Shown here in pieces: positions 10,020 through 16,975 of a stretch of DNA of 25,184 nt (position 1 is its first letter; each line of letters begins with the position of its first letter). The DNA is from Candidatus Latescibacterota bacterium (GTDB taxonomy: Bacteria > Latescibacterota > UBA2968). The stretch is from the NCBI GenBank assembly GCA_038279365.1, contig JAYODI010000082.1, forward strand, positions 523 to 25,706, written 5' to 3'. The notes under the pieces were generated by a model that worked only from the letters and a program-made list of their open reading frames with translations, searched no databases and had not been told where the DNA came from. Position numbers and translations under genes: made by a program.

Positions 10020-10056
10020 CTTCATTCTCCTAATTTGTATAAACAGAACCCATCTC

Positions 10057-10085
10057 ATGATGAAGCATGCCAACCATGAAGTCAA
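10057..10085 (-). promoter_or_regulatory. Candidate promoter for the M14-GH36-2H unit
   Basis: TTGACT-17 nt-CATCAT immediately after the gdh terminator; weak -10. Confidence 0.3.
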
Positions 10086-10090
10086 GCTAT

Positions 10091-10124
10091 GAAAAATGGG
10101 GTATGTCCGCATGAACATACCCCA
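10091..10124 (-). terminator. Intrinsic terminator downstream of gdh
   Basis: 10-bp stem TGGGGTATGT/ACATACCCCA, 8-nt loop, followed by TTTTT on the minus strand. Confidence 0.75.
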
Positions 10125-10151
10125 AAACAACAATAAAAATTAAACAAGCTT

Positions 10152-11411
10152 TTACGGATAAACACCCGACAAAGTCCCCGCTTCAGCAACACGCGCCACG
10201 GCCAACATATATGCAGCCGTACGCAAATCGACGTTTTCTTTTTGTGCCATCTGCCAAGTATTTTCAAAAGCCTGCGTCATAATCCGATTTAAGCGTTGAT
10301 GCACCTCATCTTCAGACCAAAAAAACTCCATCAACCCTTGAACCCACTCAAAATAAGACACCGTCACCCCACCTGCATTGGCCAAAATATCGGGAATCAC
10401 TGAAATGCCACGTGCTTGCAATATCTGATCGGCTTCTGGTGTTGTGGGTCCATTTGCACCTTCTGCAACAATTTGCGCCCGAATACGATCTGCATTCACA
10501 ACCGTAATTTGATTGCCCAATGCTGCAGGAATCAACACATCACATTCCAGTTCTAACAACTCTGCATTGGTCACCAGGTCAGCATCTTCAAAACCACCAA
10601 CTTGCCCCGCTTCTTTTGCATGCAAAATCACAGAGGGTATATCTAACCCACTTTCCCGATAAATCCCTCCTTTATAATCACTCACTGCCACAACCTTTGC
10701 ACCTTCTTGCTGAATCAACCGCGCAGCCGTTCCACCCACATTGCCAAAACCCTGAACGGCCACACGCAACCCATCTAAAGATCGGTTGGTGCGCTTCAGC
10801 AGCTCCAATATGGTAAATACGCACCCTCTTCCTGTGGCATCTTCTCGCCCTTTAGACCCCCCCAATGTAATGGGTTTGCCCGTCACCACGCTTGGAACCG
10901 AATGCCCCACATTCATACTATACGTATCCATAATCCAAGCCATCGTTTGTGCATTGGTATTCATATCGGGGGCAGGAATGTCTTTATTGGGCCCTAAAAT
11001 GATCATCAACTCCGATGTCATTCTGCGTGTCAAACGCTCCAATTCTCCTTTAGACATCTCCCGTGGCGTACAAATAACCCCACCTTTTGCACCGCCAAAT
11101 GGAATCTCCATCAGCGCACACTTCCAGGTCATCCACATCGCCAATGCCGAAACTTCATCCAAACTTACATCTTCCTGATAACGTATTCCACCCTTTGCGG
11201 GCCCCCGAAACAAATTGTGATGCACCCGATACCCTTGAAATACACGCACATTGCCATTATCCATCTTCACAGGAATCGATATCGACAAAGATCTTTTGGG
11301 ATAACGCAAACGCTCATGAATAGAAGCATCCAATCCCAATCGTTTCGCAACAGCATCCAACTGTTGTTGTGCCATATCCAATGCGTTCATTTTTCCTAAT
11401 TCAGCAGTCAT
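10152..11411 (-). CDS. gdhA: Glutamate dehydrogenase (Glu/Leu/Phe/Val dehydrogenase family)
   Basis: GPAKGGIRY, GGAKGG (catalytic Lys), DIPAPD, VTGKP, QGFGNVG, EGANGP, NAGGVTVSYFEW. Start ATG 11411 (alternative TTG 11417). Confidence 0.93.
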   Translation of the reverse strand: MTAELGKMNALDMAQQQLDAVAKRLGLDASIHERLRYPKRSLSISIPVKMDNGNVRVFQGYRVHHNLFRGPAKGGIRYQEDVSLDEVSALAMWMTWKCALMEIPFGGAKGGVICTPREMSKGELERLTRRMTSELMIILGPNKDIPAPDMNTNAQTMAWIMDTYSMNVGHSVPSVVTGKPITLGGSKGREDATGRGCVFTILELLKRTNRSLDGLRVAVQGFGNVGGTAARLIQQEGAKVVAVSDYKGGIYRESGLDIPSVILHAKEAGQVGGFEDADLVTNAELLELECDVLIPAALGNQITVVNADRIRAQIVAEGANGPTTPEADQILQARGISVIPDILANAGGVTVSYFEWVQGLMEFFWSEDEVHQRLNRIMTQAFENTWQMAQKENVDLRTAAYMLAVARVAEAGTLSGVYP

Positions 11412-11490
11412 ACCCAAACCCCCTAAACGTCAATTCCGAACCTCTTGAAAACACAATATTAAAAATACCCCAAAAAACATCTGTCAGCCA

Positions 11491-11518
11491 AAAGAAAACC
11501 TGCACAATATGTGCAGGT
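11491..11518 (-). terminator. Hairpin: intrinsic terminator of ndh-comB, or operator upstream of gdh
   Basis: Perfect 9-bp arms ACCTGCACA-ata-TGTGCAGGT (11498-11518), followed on the minus strand by TTTCTTTT. Confidence 0.55.
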
Positions 11519-11653
11519 CACAAGTCACTTAGCCTAAATTTTACATAAAAACAAACCCTTGCTTTTTCATATAAAAAAATCTGCTGCTTTTATTCAGTAG
11601 CTGTTTTAAAATGTCGCATTTAGGTCAAAAGGCAAACGATTGAGGCGCACCTT

Positions 11654-11728
11654 ATGACAGATGCGATAATTGAGCCCAACGCCGCACACGGCCATTGCTG
11701 CCTTCCAACGCCAAAATGGAGGTCTTAA
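11654..11728 (+). CDS. Possible 24-aa peptide MTDAIIEPNAAHGHCCLPTPKWRS
   Basis: GAGG 8 nt upstream of the ATG; TAA 11726-11728; lies in an otherwise empty intergenic region of about 320 nt. No homology recognised. Confidence 0.2.
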   Translation: MTDAIIEPNAAHGHCCLPTPKWRS

Positions 11729-11738
11729 ATACAGCTTC

Positions 11739-12431
11739 TTAGCCAACAAACTCGGGTCTTGCAACTAGAAGATCATCTTCTTTACTTATGCGAATGGCAA
11801 AATCTGCACGATTGACCTGCAATGCCAAATCGCGATCTTCGGCATAGAAGTGCGGCATTGAAGGGTCGCCAAATTTGAGCGATTCTTTACTCGACAATAT
11901 CAACGAGCGCACCGCCTCAATATCTGGGTTGCGCCCCTCTAGCACATTGCGCAAATACAACGCACACTGCTCATCTTCATCTGTTCGTGTATGCCCAGCC
12001 CAACCCATGGCAACCAGTGTGACAACTTTGGCATTTTGTTTTTGAATCGCCTCAACCGTTGCCTGAGCAACCGCCAATGAACCACCATAAATCACATCGG
12101 CTTTTTTTGACGCTGTCACCCCAACCGTGCCAGCACGTGTTGAATGGATCAGTACCTTACCTGCAATATCTGCCAAAGACAATTCGTGGGGTGAATTGTT
12201 AAAATCAAACCCTTCAGGGCGTTTGCCATCCACCTCCCCCACACACAAATCGCCCACCCCTTGTTCGCGCAATTTTAGAGCCTCATCAATTTCGGCCACC
12301 AATATCATTTTCTCAACACCTTGCTGAAATGCAATGGCTTCTGTCGTAAATGCACGGTACACATCAATAATCACCACCACACCTTCTGCATTTTGAGCAC
12401 CCTCTAATAAACTTGCCACCCGAACGTCCAT
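11739..12431 (-). CDS. comB: 2-phosphosulfolactate phosphatase family protein
   Basis: VIIDVYRAFTT, GEVDGKRPEGFDFNNSP, STRAGT, DEDEQCA. Start ATG 12431 overlaps the ndh stop (TAATG). Confidence 0.85.
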   Translation of the reverse strand: MDVRVASLLEGAQNAEGVVVIIDVYRAFTTEAIAFQQGVEKMILVAEIDEALKLREQGVGDLCVGEVDGKRPEGFDFNNSPHELSLADIAGKVLIHSTRAGTVGVTASKKADVIYGGSLAVAQATVEAIQKQNAKVVTLVAMGWAGHTRTDEDEQCALYLRNVLEGRNPDIEAVRSLILSSKESLKFGDPSMPHFYAEDRDLALQVNRADFAIRISKEDDLLVARPEFVG

Positions 12432-13702
12432 TAACCATCCACCTTTCCAGTGATCAAACGCGCACCCCGCTTGCGCGTCACATAATTCCACGCCCATTGA
12501 AACAACACCAACAAACGATTATCATATTCAATTAAATAGGCAATATGAATAAAAACCCACGCAAACCAAGCAAAAAATCCGCTAAACTTTATAAACCCCA
12601 AATCGGCCACCGCTGCATTGCGTCCAATGACTGCCAAACTCCCCTTGTCCACATATCGAAAGGGTTTGCTTTTGTGGCCTTTTATCCGATTGCGAATCAA
12701 ACACGCCGCATAACGCCCCATTTGCATGGCCACAGGTGCCACCCCAGGTAAGGGGCGTTCACCTTGATGCTGATAACAGGCCAAATCGCCAATGACCAGT
12801 ATATCGGCATACTGGGGCACAGATAAATCGGGTGCCACAACCACACGCCCTTGGCGATCTAACTCAGCACCCGTTTCCCGCTTAAGCACGGCACTCAATG
12901 GAGAAGCCTTCATGCCCGCCGCCCACAACACCGTATGTGTCGCAATTGTGTATTCGGCATCCTCTTTTTTATAAACCACACAATCGGCCTGAATATCGGT
13001 CACCATAGCCTTTGTTTGTACCTGCACGCCCAACCGTTCCAAAGACTTTTGAGCCTTGTCCGATAACCCTTCAGCAAAAGGTGGCAAAACACGGTCTGCC
13101 CCTTCTAACAAAATAATCTTTGTTTTTTTCGTATCAATATTTCTAAAATCTTTGACCAAAGTCGCAAATGCCAACTCCGCTACAGCCCCAGCCAATTCAA
13201 CCCCCGTTGGCCCGGCTCCCACAAGCACAAACGTCATCCAAGCCATTCGCTCTGAATCGCTTTTGGCCTGCTCTGCTTTTTCAAAAGCCTGAAATACGCG
13301 ATGTCGAATATCCAAAGCATCTTCAACCGTTTTAAGACCTGGTGCATATTTTTGCCACTGTTCATTCCCAAAATAAGAGTGACTCACGCCTGCACTCAAA
13401 ATAAGCGTATCGTATGTGACCTCGCCCTCTTTTAACACCACCGTTTTATCCGAAACACGAATATCAAACACCTCGCTCTGAATCACGGAAATGTTTGAAT
13501 AGTGGCGCAACACAGCGCGCAATGGCGAAGCAATGTCTCCAGGTGACAAGCCACCCGTAGCAACTTGATACAAAAGCGGTTGAAACAAGTGAAAATTGCG
13601 CTTATCAATCAGCGTTACGCGCACAGAACGCCCTAACCGCCCCAACTGTTTGGCCGCATATAACCCACCAAAACCGCCTCCCACAATCACAACATGGTGC
13701 AT
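12431..13702 (-). CDS. ndh: Type II NADH:quinone oxidoreductase (FAD-dependent)
   Basis: VGGGFGG, FQPLLYQVATG, GAGPTGVELAG, WAAG, IGD, VAPVAMQMG and the C-terminal amphipathic region. Start ATG 13702 follows GAGGA. Confidence 0.9.
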   Translation of the reverse strand: MHHVVIVGGGFGGLYAAKQLGRLGRSVRVTLIDKRNFHLFQPLLYQVATGGLSPGDIASPLRAVLRHYSNISVIQSEVFDIRVSDKTVVLKEGEVTYDTLILSAGVSHSYFGNEQWQKYAPGLKTVEDALDIRHRVFQAFEKAEQAKSDSERMAWMTFVLVGAGPTGVELAGAVAELAFATLVKDFRNIDTKKTKIILLEGADRVLPPFAEGLSDKAQKSLERLGVQVQTKAMVTDIQADCVVYKKEDAEYTIATHTVLWAAGMKASPLSAVLKRETGAELDRQGRVVVAPDLSVPQYADILVIGDLACYQHQGERPLPGVAPVAMQMGRYAACLIRNRIKGHKSKPFRYVDKGSLAVIGRNAAVADLGFIKFSGFFAWFAWVFIHIAYLIEYDNRLLVLFQWAWNYVTRKRGARLITGKVDG

Positions 13703-13779
13703 GATATCCTCGCAGATTAAAATAACCAACCACAACCACACTTTAATAAAACAGCTTTTTTTATTTTGACAAGACACCC

Positions 13780-13816
13780 AATAAAAATGGCTGTGCTTCA
13801 CACAAAGCACAGCCAT
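13780..13816 (-). terminator. Intrinsic terminator after the Rieske gene
   Basis: 12-bp stem ATGGCTGTGCTT/AAGCACAGCCAT (13787-13816), 6-nt loop, followed by TTTTATT on the minus strand, about 20 nt after the stop codon. Confidence 0.8.
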
Positions 13817-13837
13817 AAAAATATCTATAAACACGAA

Positions 13838-14203
13838 TTAAACTTCAACAAAAACCGAGCCATCTTCTATTGTTACAGGGTACATTCGCAAATGCCGTTT
13901 ATCGGCCAATGCGGCTCCCGTTTTCAAATCAAACTCCCACCCATGCCAAGGGCAGGCCAAAATTTCTCCCTCGCGTCCCCATATGAATGGCTCACCGGGT
14001 TTGGAGGCAAACGTCGTGCCGGTTACGCGGCCCAAGCAAACCGGTGCCAATTCATGTGGACAAACATTTAGAACCGCTACGTAATCGCCATTCACATTAA
14101 AAACCCCAATCGACTTGCCGTCAACCTCAACCAGCTTACGCTCCCCCACGGCAATCTCATCACTCGTAGCCACCAAAACTTTTTGTTTGCCTTTATTCGC
14201 CAT
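13838..14203 (-). CDS. Rieske [2Fe-2S] ferredoxin
   Basis: NVCPH (CxH) and ACPWHGWEFD (CxxH); GGAGGTG SD inside the upstream gene; 11-nt overlap. Confidence 0.93.
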   Translation of the reverse strand: MANKGKQKVLVATSDEIAVGERKLVEVDGKSIGVFNVNGDYVAVLNVCPHELAPVCLGRVTGTTFASKPGEPFIWGREGEILACPWHGWEFDLKTGAALADKRHLRMYPVTIEDGSVFVEV

Positions 14204-15272
14204 GCTTCACCTCCGGCAATTTGTAAAGTTCAGCGGCAGTATCGTACATCACACGGGCTTGCAACGATTTGGGAATGGAACGGGCAACAAAATCGGGGGT
14301 ATCTCCATCCCAATGAGGAAAGTCTGTAGAAAACATCAACATCTTTTCGGCTGGAAACATTTCCAGCATCGCATGCAAATGCTTCATATTATCAGGCTCT
14401 TCTATCGGTTGCGTGGTCAATAGAATGTGTTCCGCAATATATTCACTGGGTGGTTTTTCCAACCACGGCGTGGTCTGGCGCAACGCCTTCCAGTTTTTGT
14501 CAAAACGCCACATCACCGGTGGCAACCAAGCCACCCCGCCTTCAACCAAAACAAATTTCAAAGTTGGAAACTTTACAAAAACCCCTTCACACACCAAACT
14601 GGTCAAATGGGCCAAATAGCTTCCAACCAATCCCGTATGCCATTCAAAATAAGTGGTTGGATACCCCGATGCAGTAGGCGCACCAGATACCCCAACCCCT
14701 TCCGAACCGGGGTGAATGGCCACTGGTAAATTATGTGCAACTGCTGCTTCATAAATGGGGTTAAAAAAGCGTTGTCCATAAGGTATGCGCTGGCCACTGG
14801 GCATCAACACCTGCACAAAACCAGGGTTGTCGGCACAGCGGTGTATTTCTTCTGCCGCCAAATGTGGGTCTTGCGGTGAAATCACAATAGAAGCCCGATA
14901 TCGGCTATCGGCTTTGAGCCAATCTTCGGCCACCACCTGATTGCCAGCCGAACAAACCGCAGCCGCAAAATCAGGATCTGGTGACAAACCCACATGGAGC
15001 GCACCCGCCGGATTTAAGATGCCAAAAGACAACTGGTAGGCATCCATAAAATGCTTCGACAAATTGTTGGCCGTTTCCTCCACCTTAGAACCATCGGGCA
15101 ATTGGGTATCAGATCGCATGACCCCATTTGGATTCCAATATCCCAAATGCCCAGGCCCTCGGCTGCCACTTGCCCACCGAGCGCGCCAAGGTTCAGGCAA
15201 AAATGCTTGAATATGTGTGCCATTCATTACCGGATGAATATCGGTATCAATAACGGGTAAGGTATCTCCCAT
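14193..15272 (-). CDS. Amidohydro_2-fold protein; probable dinuclear-metal oxygenase
   Basis: IDTDIH, AIHP, LVEGG, TTQPIEEP, FSTDFPHWD; GAGGAG SD; coupled to a Rieske ferredoxin. Confidence 0.88.
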   Translation of the reverse strand: MGDTLPVIDTDIHPVMNGTHIQAFLPEPWRARWASGSRGPGHLGYWNPNGVMRSDTQLPDGSKVEETANNLSKHFMDAYQLSFGILNPAGALHVGLSPDPDFAAAVCSAGNQVVAEDWLKADSRYRASIVISPQDPHLAAEEIHRCADNPGFVQVLMPSGQRIPYGQRFFNPIYEAAVAHNLPVAIHPGSEGVGVSGAPTASGYPTTYFEWHTGLVGSYLAHLTSLVCEGVFVKFPTLKFVLVEGGVAWLPPVMWRFDKNWKALRQTTPWLEKPPSEYIAEHILLTTQPIEEPDNMKHLHAMLEMFPAEKMLMFSTDFPHWDGDTPDFVARSIPKSLQARVMYDTAAELYKLPEVKHGE

Positions 15273-15312
15273 AACAACTCCTCTTCATATGGATATGCCT
15301 TCTCAAAACCCC

Positions 15313-15341
15313 AATATAGTATCTTTCAGATACACAATCAA
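15313..15341 (-). promoter_or_regulatory. Candidate promoter of the amidohydrolase-Rieske operon, with a palindrome in the spacer
   Basis: TTGATT-17 nt-TATATT; the spacer holds GTATCT-ttc-AGATAC (15319-15333). Confidence 0.5.
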
Positions 15342-15357
15342 TGCCTTCATCACATTC

Positions 15358-15386
15358 TTGCATAAATCAACATCATGCAGTATTTT
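15358..15386 (+). promoter_or_regulatory. Candidate promoter of the response regulator operon
   Basis: TTGCAT-17 nt-TATTTT, 43 nt before ATG 15430. Confidence 0.45.
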
Positions 15387-15429
15387 AACCCGGTGAAACT
15401 AATATATCATTTCCTCAATCGAGACTATT

Positions 15430-16206
15430 ATGGCCGACACTGTTCCAGAACCTGGTGACTTTCACATCCTTGTTGTGGATGACGAGCCCAATGTGCGTGA
15501 AATCCTCCACGAATTAATCGCAAGCTTGGGTTACCGCGTTACGACAGCATCAGGTGGCCAAGAAGCGCTTCAATTGCTCACCAAAGATCGCGCCGATCTG
15601 GTCATTACCGATCTCATGATGCCCCAAATGAATGGGTGGCAACTTCTTAAATTGATTAAACAACGCCACACATATATGCCCGTTATTGTACTCACGGGTT
15701 ATATATCTGAAGAAGGTGAAGCCTTGTTGACCAATCACCAAACAGATGGCTACTTGGTCAAACCCGTAGATCGCGCCAAACTCAAACAAACACTCGATAA
15801 TTTTCGAGAACAAAAAAAACCAGGTCGCGCTGCAGACATTACTATTTTGGATGACGACCCAACAGCACTCAGCGCACTTGAGCATATTTTCACACGCCGC
15901 AGTTATCGTGTGTCCACTTTTACAGAACCAGGAGATGCACTTAAACATATTCGAGATACAAATCCAGATTTGCTTATTTTAGACCTAATGCTTCAAGGGT
16001 TTGATGGATTTGAACTTTGTCGCGTCTTACGCAATAATGAAAAAACCAAACATCTCCCAATACTCATTTTGACCGCAGCCCCCTCCAAAGAAAACGTACT
16101 CAAAGCCATTAAAATGGACATCAATGGTTTTATGGCCAAACCATTTGAACCCAAAGCAATTGTTGATCGTGTGAAAAAAACGCTCGAAACTTCTGCGGGA
16201 ACCTAA
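15430..16206 (+). CDS. Response regulator with two receiver domains, no output domain
   Basis: REC1: ILVVDDE..ITDLMMP..LTG..VKP. REC2: ILDDD..ILDLML..LTA..AKP. Confidence 0.92.
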   Translation: MADTVPEPGDFHILVVDDEPNVREILHELIASLGYRVTTASGGQEALQLLTKDRADLVITDLMMPQMNGWQLLKLIKQRHTYMPVIVLTGYISEEGEALLTNHQTDGYLVKPVDRAKLKQTLDNFREQKKPGRAADITILDDDPTALSALEHIFTRRSYRVSTFTEPGDALKHIRDTNPDLLILDLMLQGFDGFELCRVLRNNEKTKHLPILILTAAPSKENVLKAIKMDINGFMAKPFEPKAIVDRVKKTLETSAGT

Positions 16207-16207
16207 C

Positions 16208-16960
16208 ATGTCTGCTCCTGCCTGCATTCTTGTTGTTGATGATGAAAAAGATGTACTCGCCGTACTGATTGACCTTATTGAAACAGGTGGTTATCGGGCC
16301 ATCGGCACAACAGACCCCGAAAACGCACTCAGCATTGTTCAAGCAGAAGAGGTCGACCTTGTCATAGTTGACCTCATGATGCCCAAACGAGACGGTTGGC
16401 ATCTTTTAGAAGACATCAAAAAATATGACACCGCCATTCCCGTTATCGTGCTCACAGGTTTTTTATCTGAACAAAGCGAGTCTATTCTTGCCAGCAAACA
16501 AGCAGACAGCTACCTTATCAAACCCGTTGACCACGACAGATTACAAACGCAGATCAAACACCATCTCCAAGATCATCCCCCCTCATCCAAAGCCCATGTT
16601 GTCATTATTGATCCCGATTCAAATACACGAGAAGACACACACCATGCACTGTCACGTCGAGGATTTCAAATAACACAATTCGATGCGCTTACCCCTGCTG
16701 AATTATTTATTCAAAACACCCTACCAGACCTCGTCATCCTTGACATAACTTTTCCCAATGGCAATGGTTTTAAGCTGTGCCAAAACCTTCAAAAAAATCC
16801 AAACACAAAACACATTCCCACCCTGATCTTAACCACCGAATCATCTCGTCAAAATCTCATGATCGCCATCCAATTAGGCGTACGAGGTTTTGTTGCAAAA
16901 CCCGTTGCACCCAACACACTTGTTGAACGCGTACTCAAAATTCTGCGTATTCATCCATAA
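16208..16960 (+). CDS. Second REC-REC response regulator (tandem paralog)
   Basis: REC1: ILVVDDE..IVDLMMP..LTG..IKP. REC2: IIDPD..ILDITFP..LTT..AKP. Starts 1 nt after the previous stop. Confidence 0.92.
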   Translation: MSAPACILVVDDEKDVLAVLIDLIETGGYRAIGTTDPENALSIVQAEEVDLVIVDLMMPKRDGWHLLEDIKKYDTAIPVIVLTGFLSEQSESILASKQADSYLIKPVDHDRLQTQIKHHLQDHPPSSKAHVVIIDPDSNTREDTHHALSRRGFQITQFDALTPAELFIQNTLPDLVILDITFPNGNGFKLCQNLQKNPNTKHIPTLILTTESSRQNLMIAIQLGVRGFVAKPVAPNTLVERVLKILRIHP

Positions 16961-16975
16961 CATAGGCAACAAACC

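Noticed and set aside
11501-11515. NtrC binding site upstream of gdh
   Set aside because: Spacing is TGCAC-N5-GTGCA rather than N7, no sigma54 -24/-12 promoter was found nearby, and the T-tract favours a terminator.
11627-11652. c-di-GMP-I riboswitch (AAAGGCAAAC...GGCGCA resemblance)
   Set aside because: Only about 6 nt separate the motifs; the stem with GNRA tetraloop and the second hairpin are missing.
2904-12431. Coenzyme M/sulfolactate pathway (ComB plus ComC-like Ldh_2)
   Set aside because: The genes are about 8 kb apart in different transcription units, there is no ComA or ComDE, and Ldh_2 specificity cannot be assigned by eye.
12431-13702. ndh as the co-transcribed reductase of the Rieske/oxygenase pair
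   Set aside because: A strong terminator (13780-13816) separates them, and the protein has NDH-2 rather than ferredoxin-reductase features. A role in trans is not excluded.
10020-13834. N-terminal extensions in the ORF track (starts at 10133, 12497, 13834; likewise 1780, 6083, 22151)
   Set aside because: They run through terminators, promoters or neighbouring genes; downstream ATGs have SD motifs or stop/start coupling and match family N-termini.
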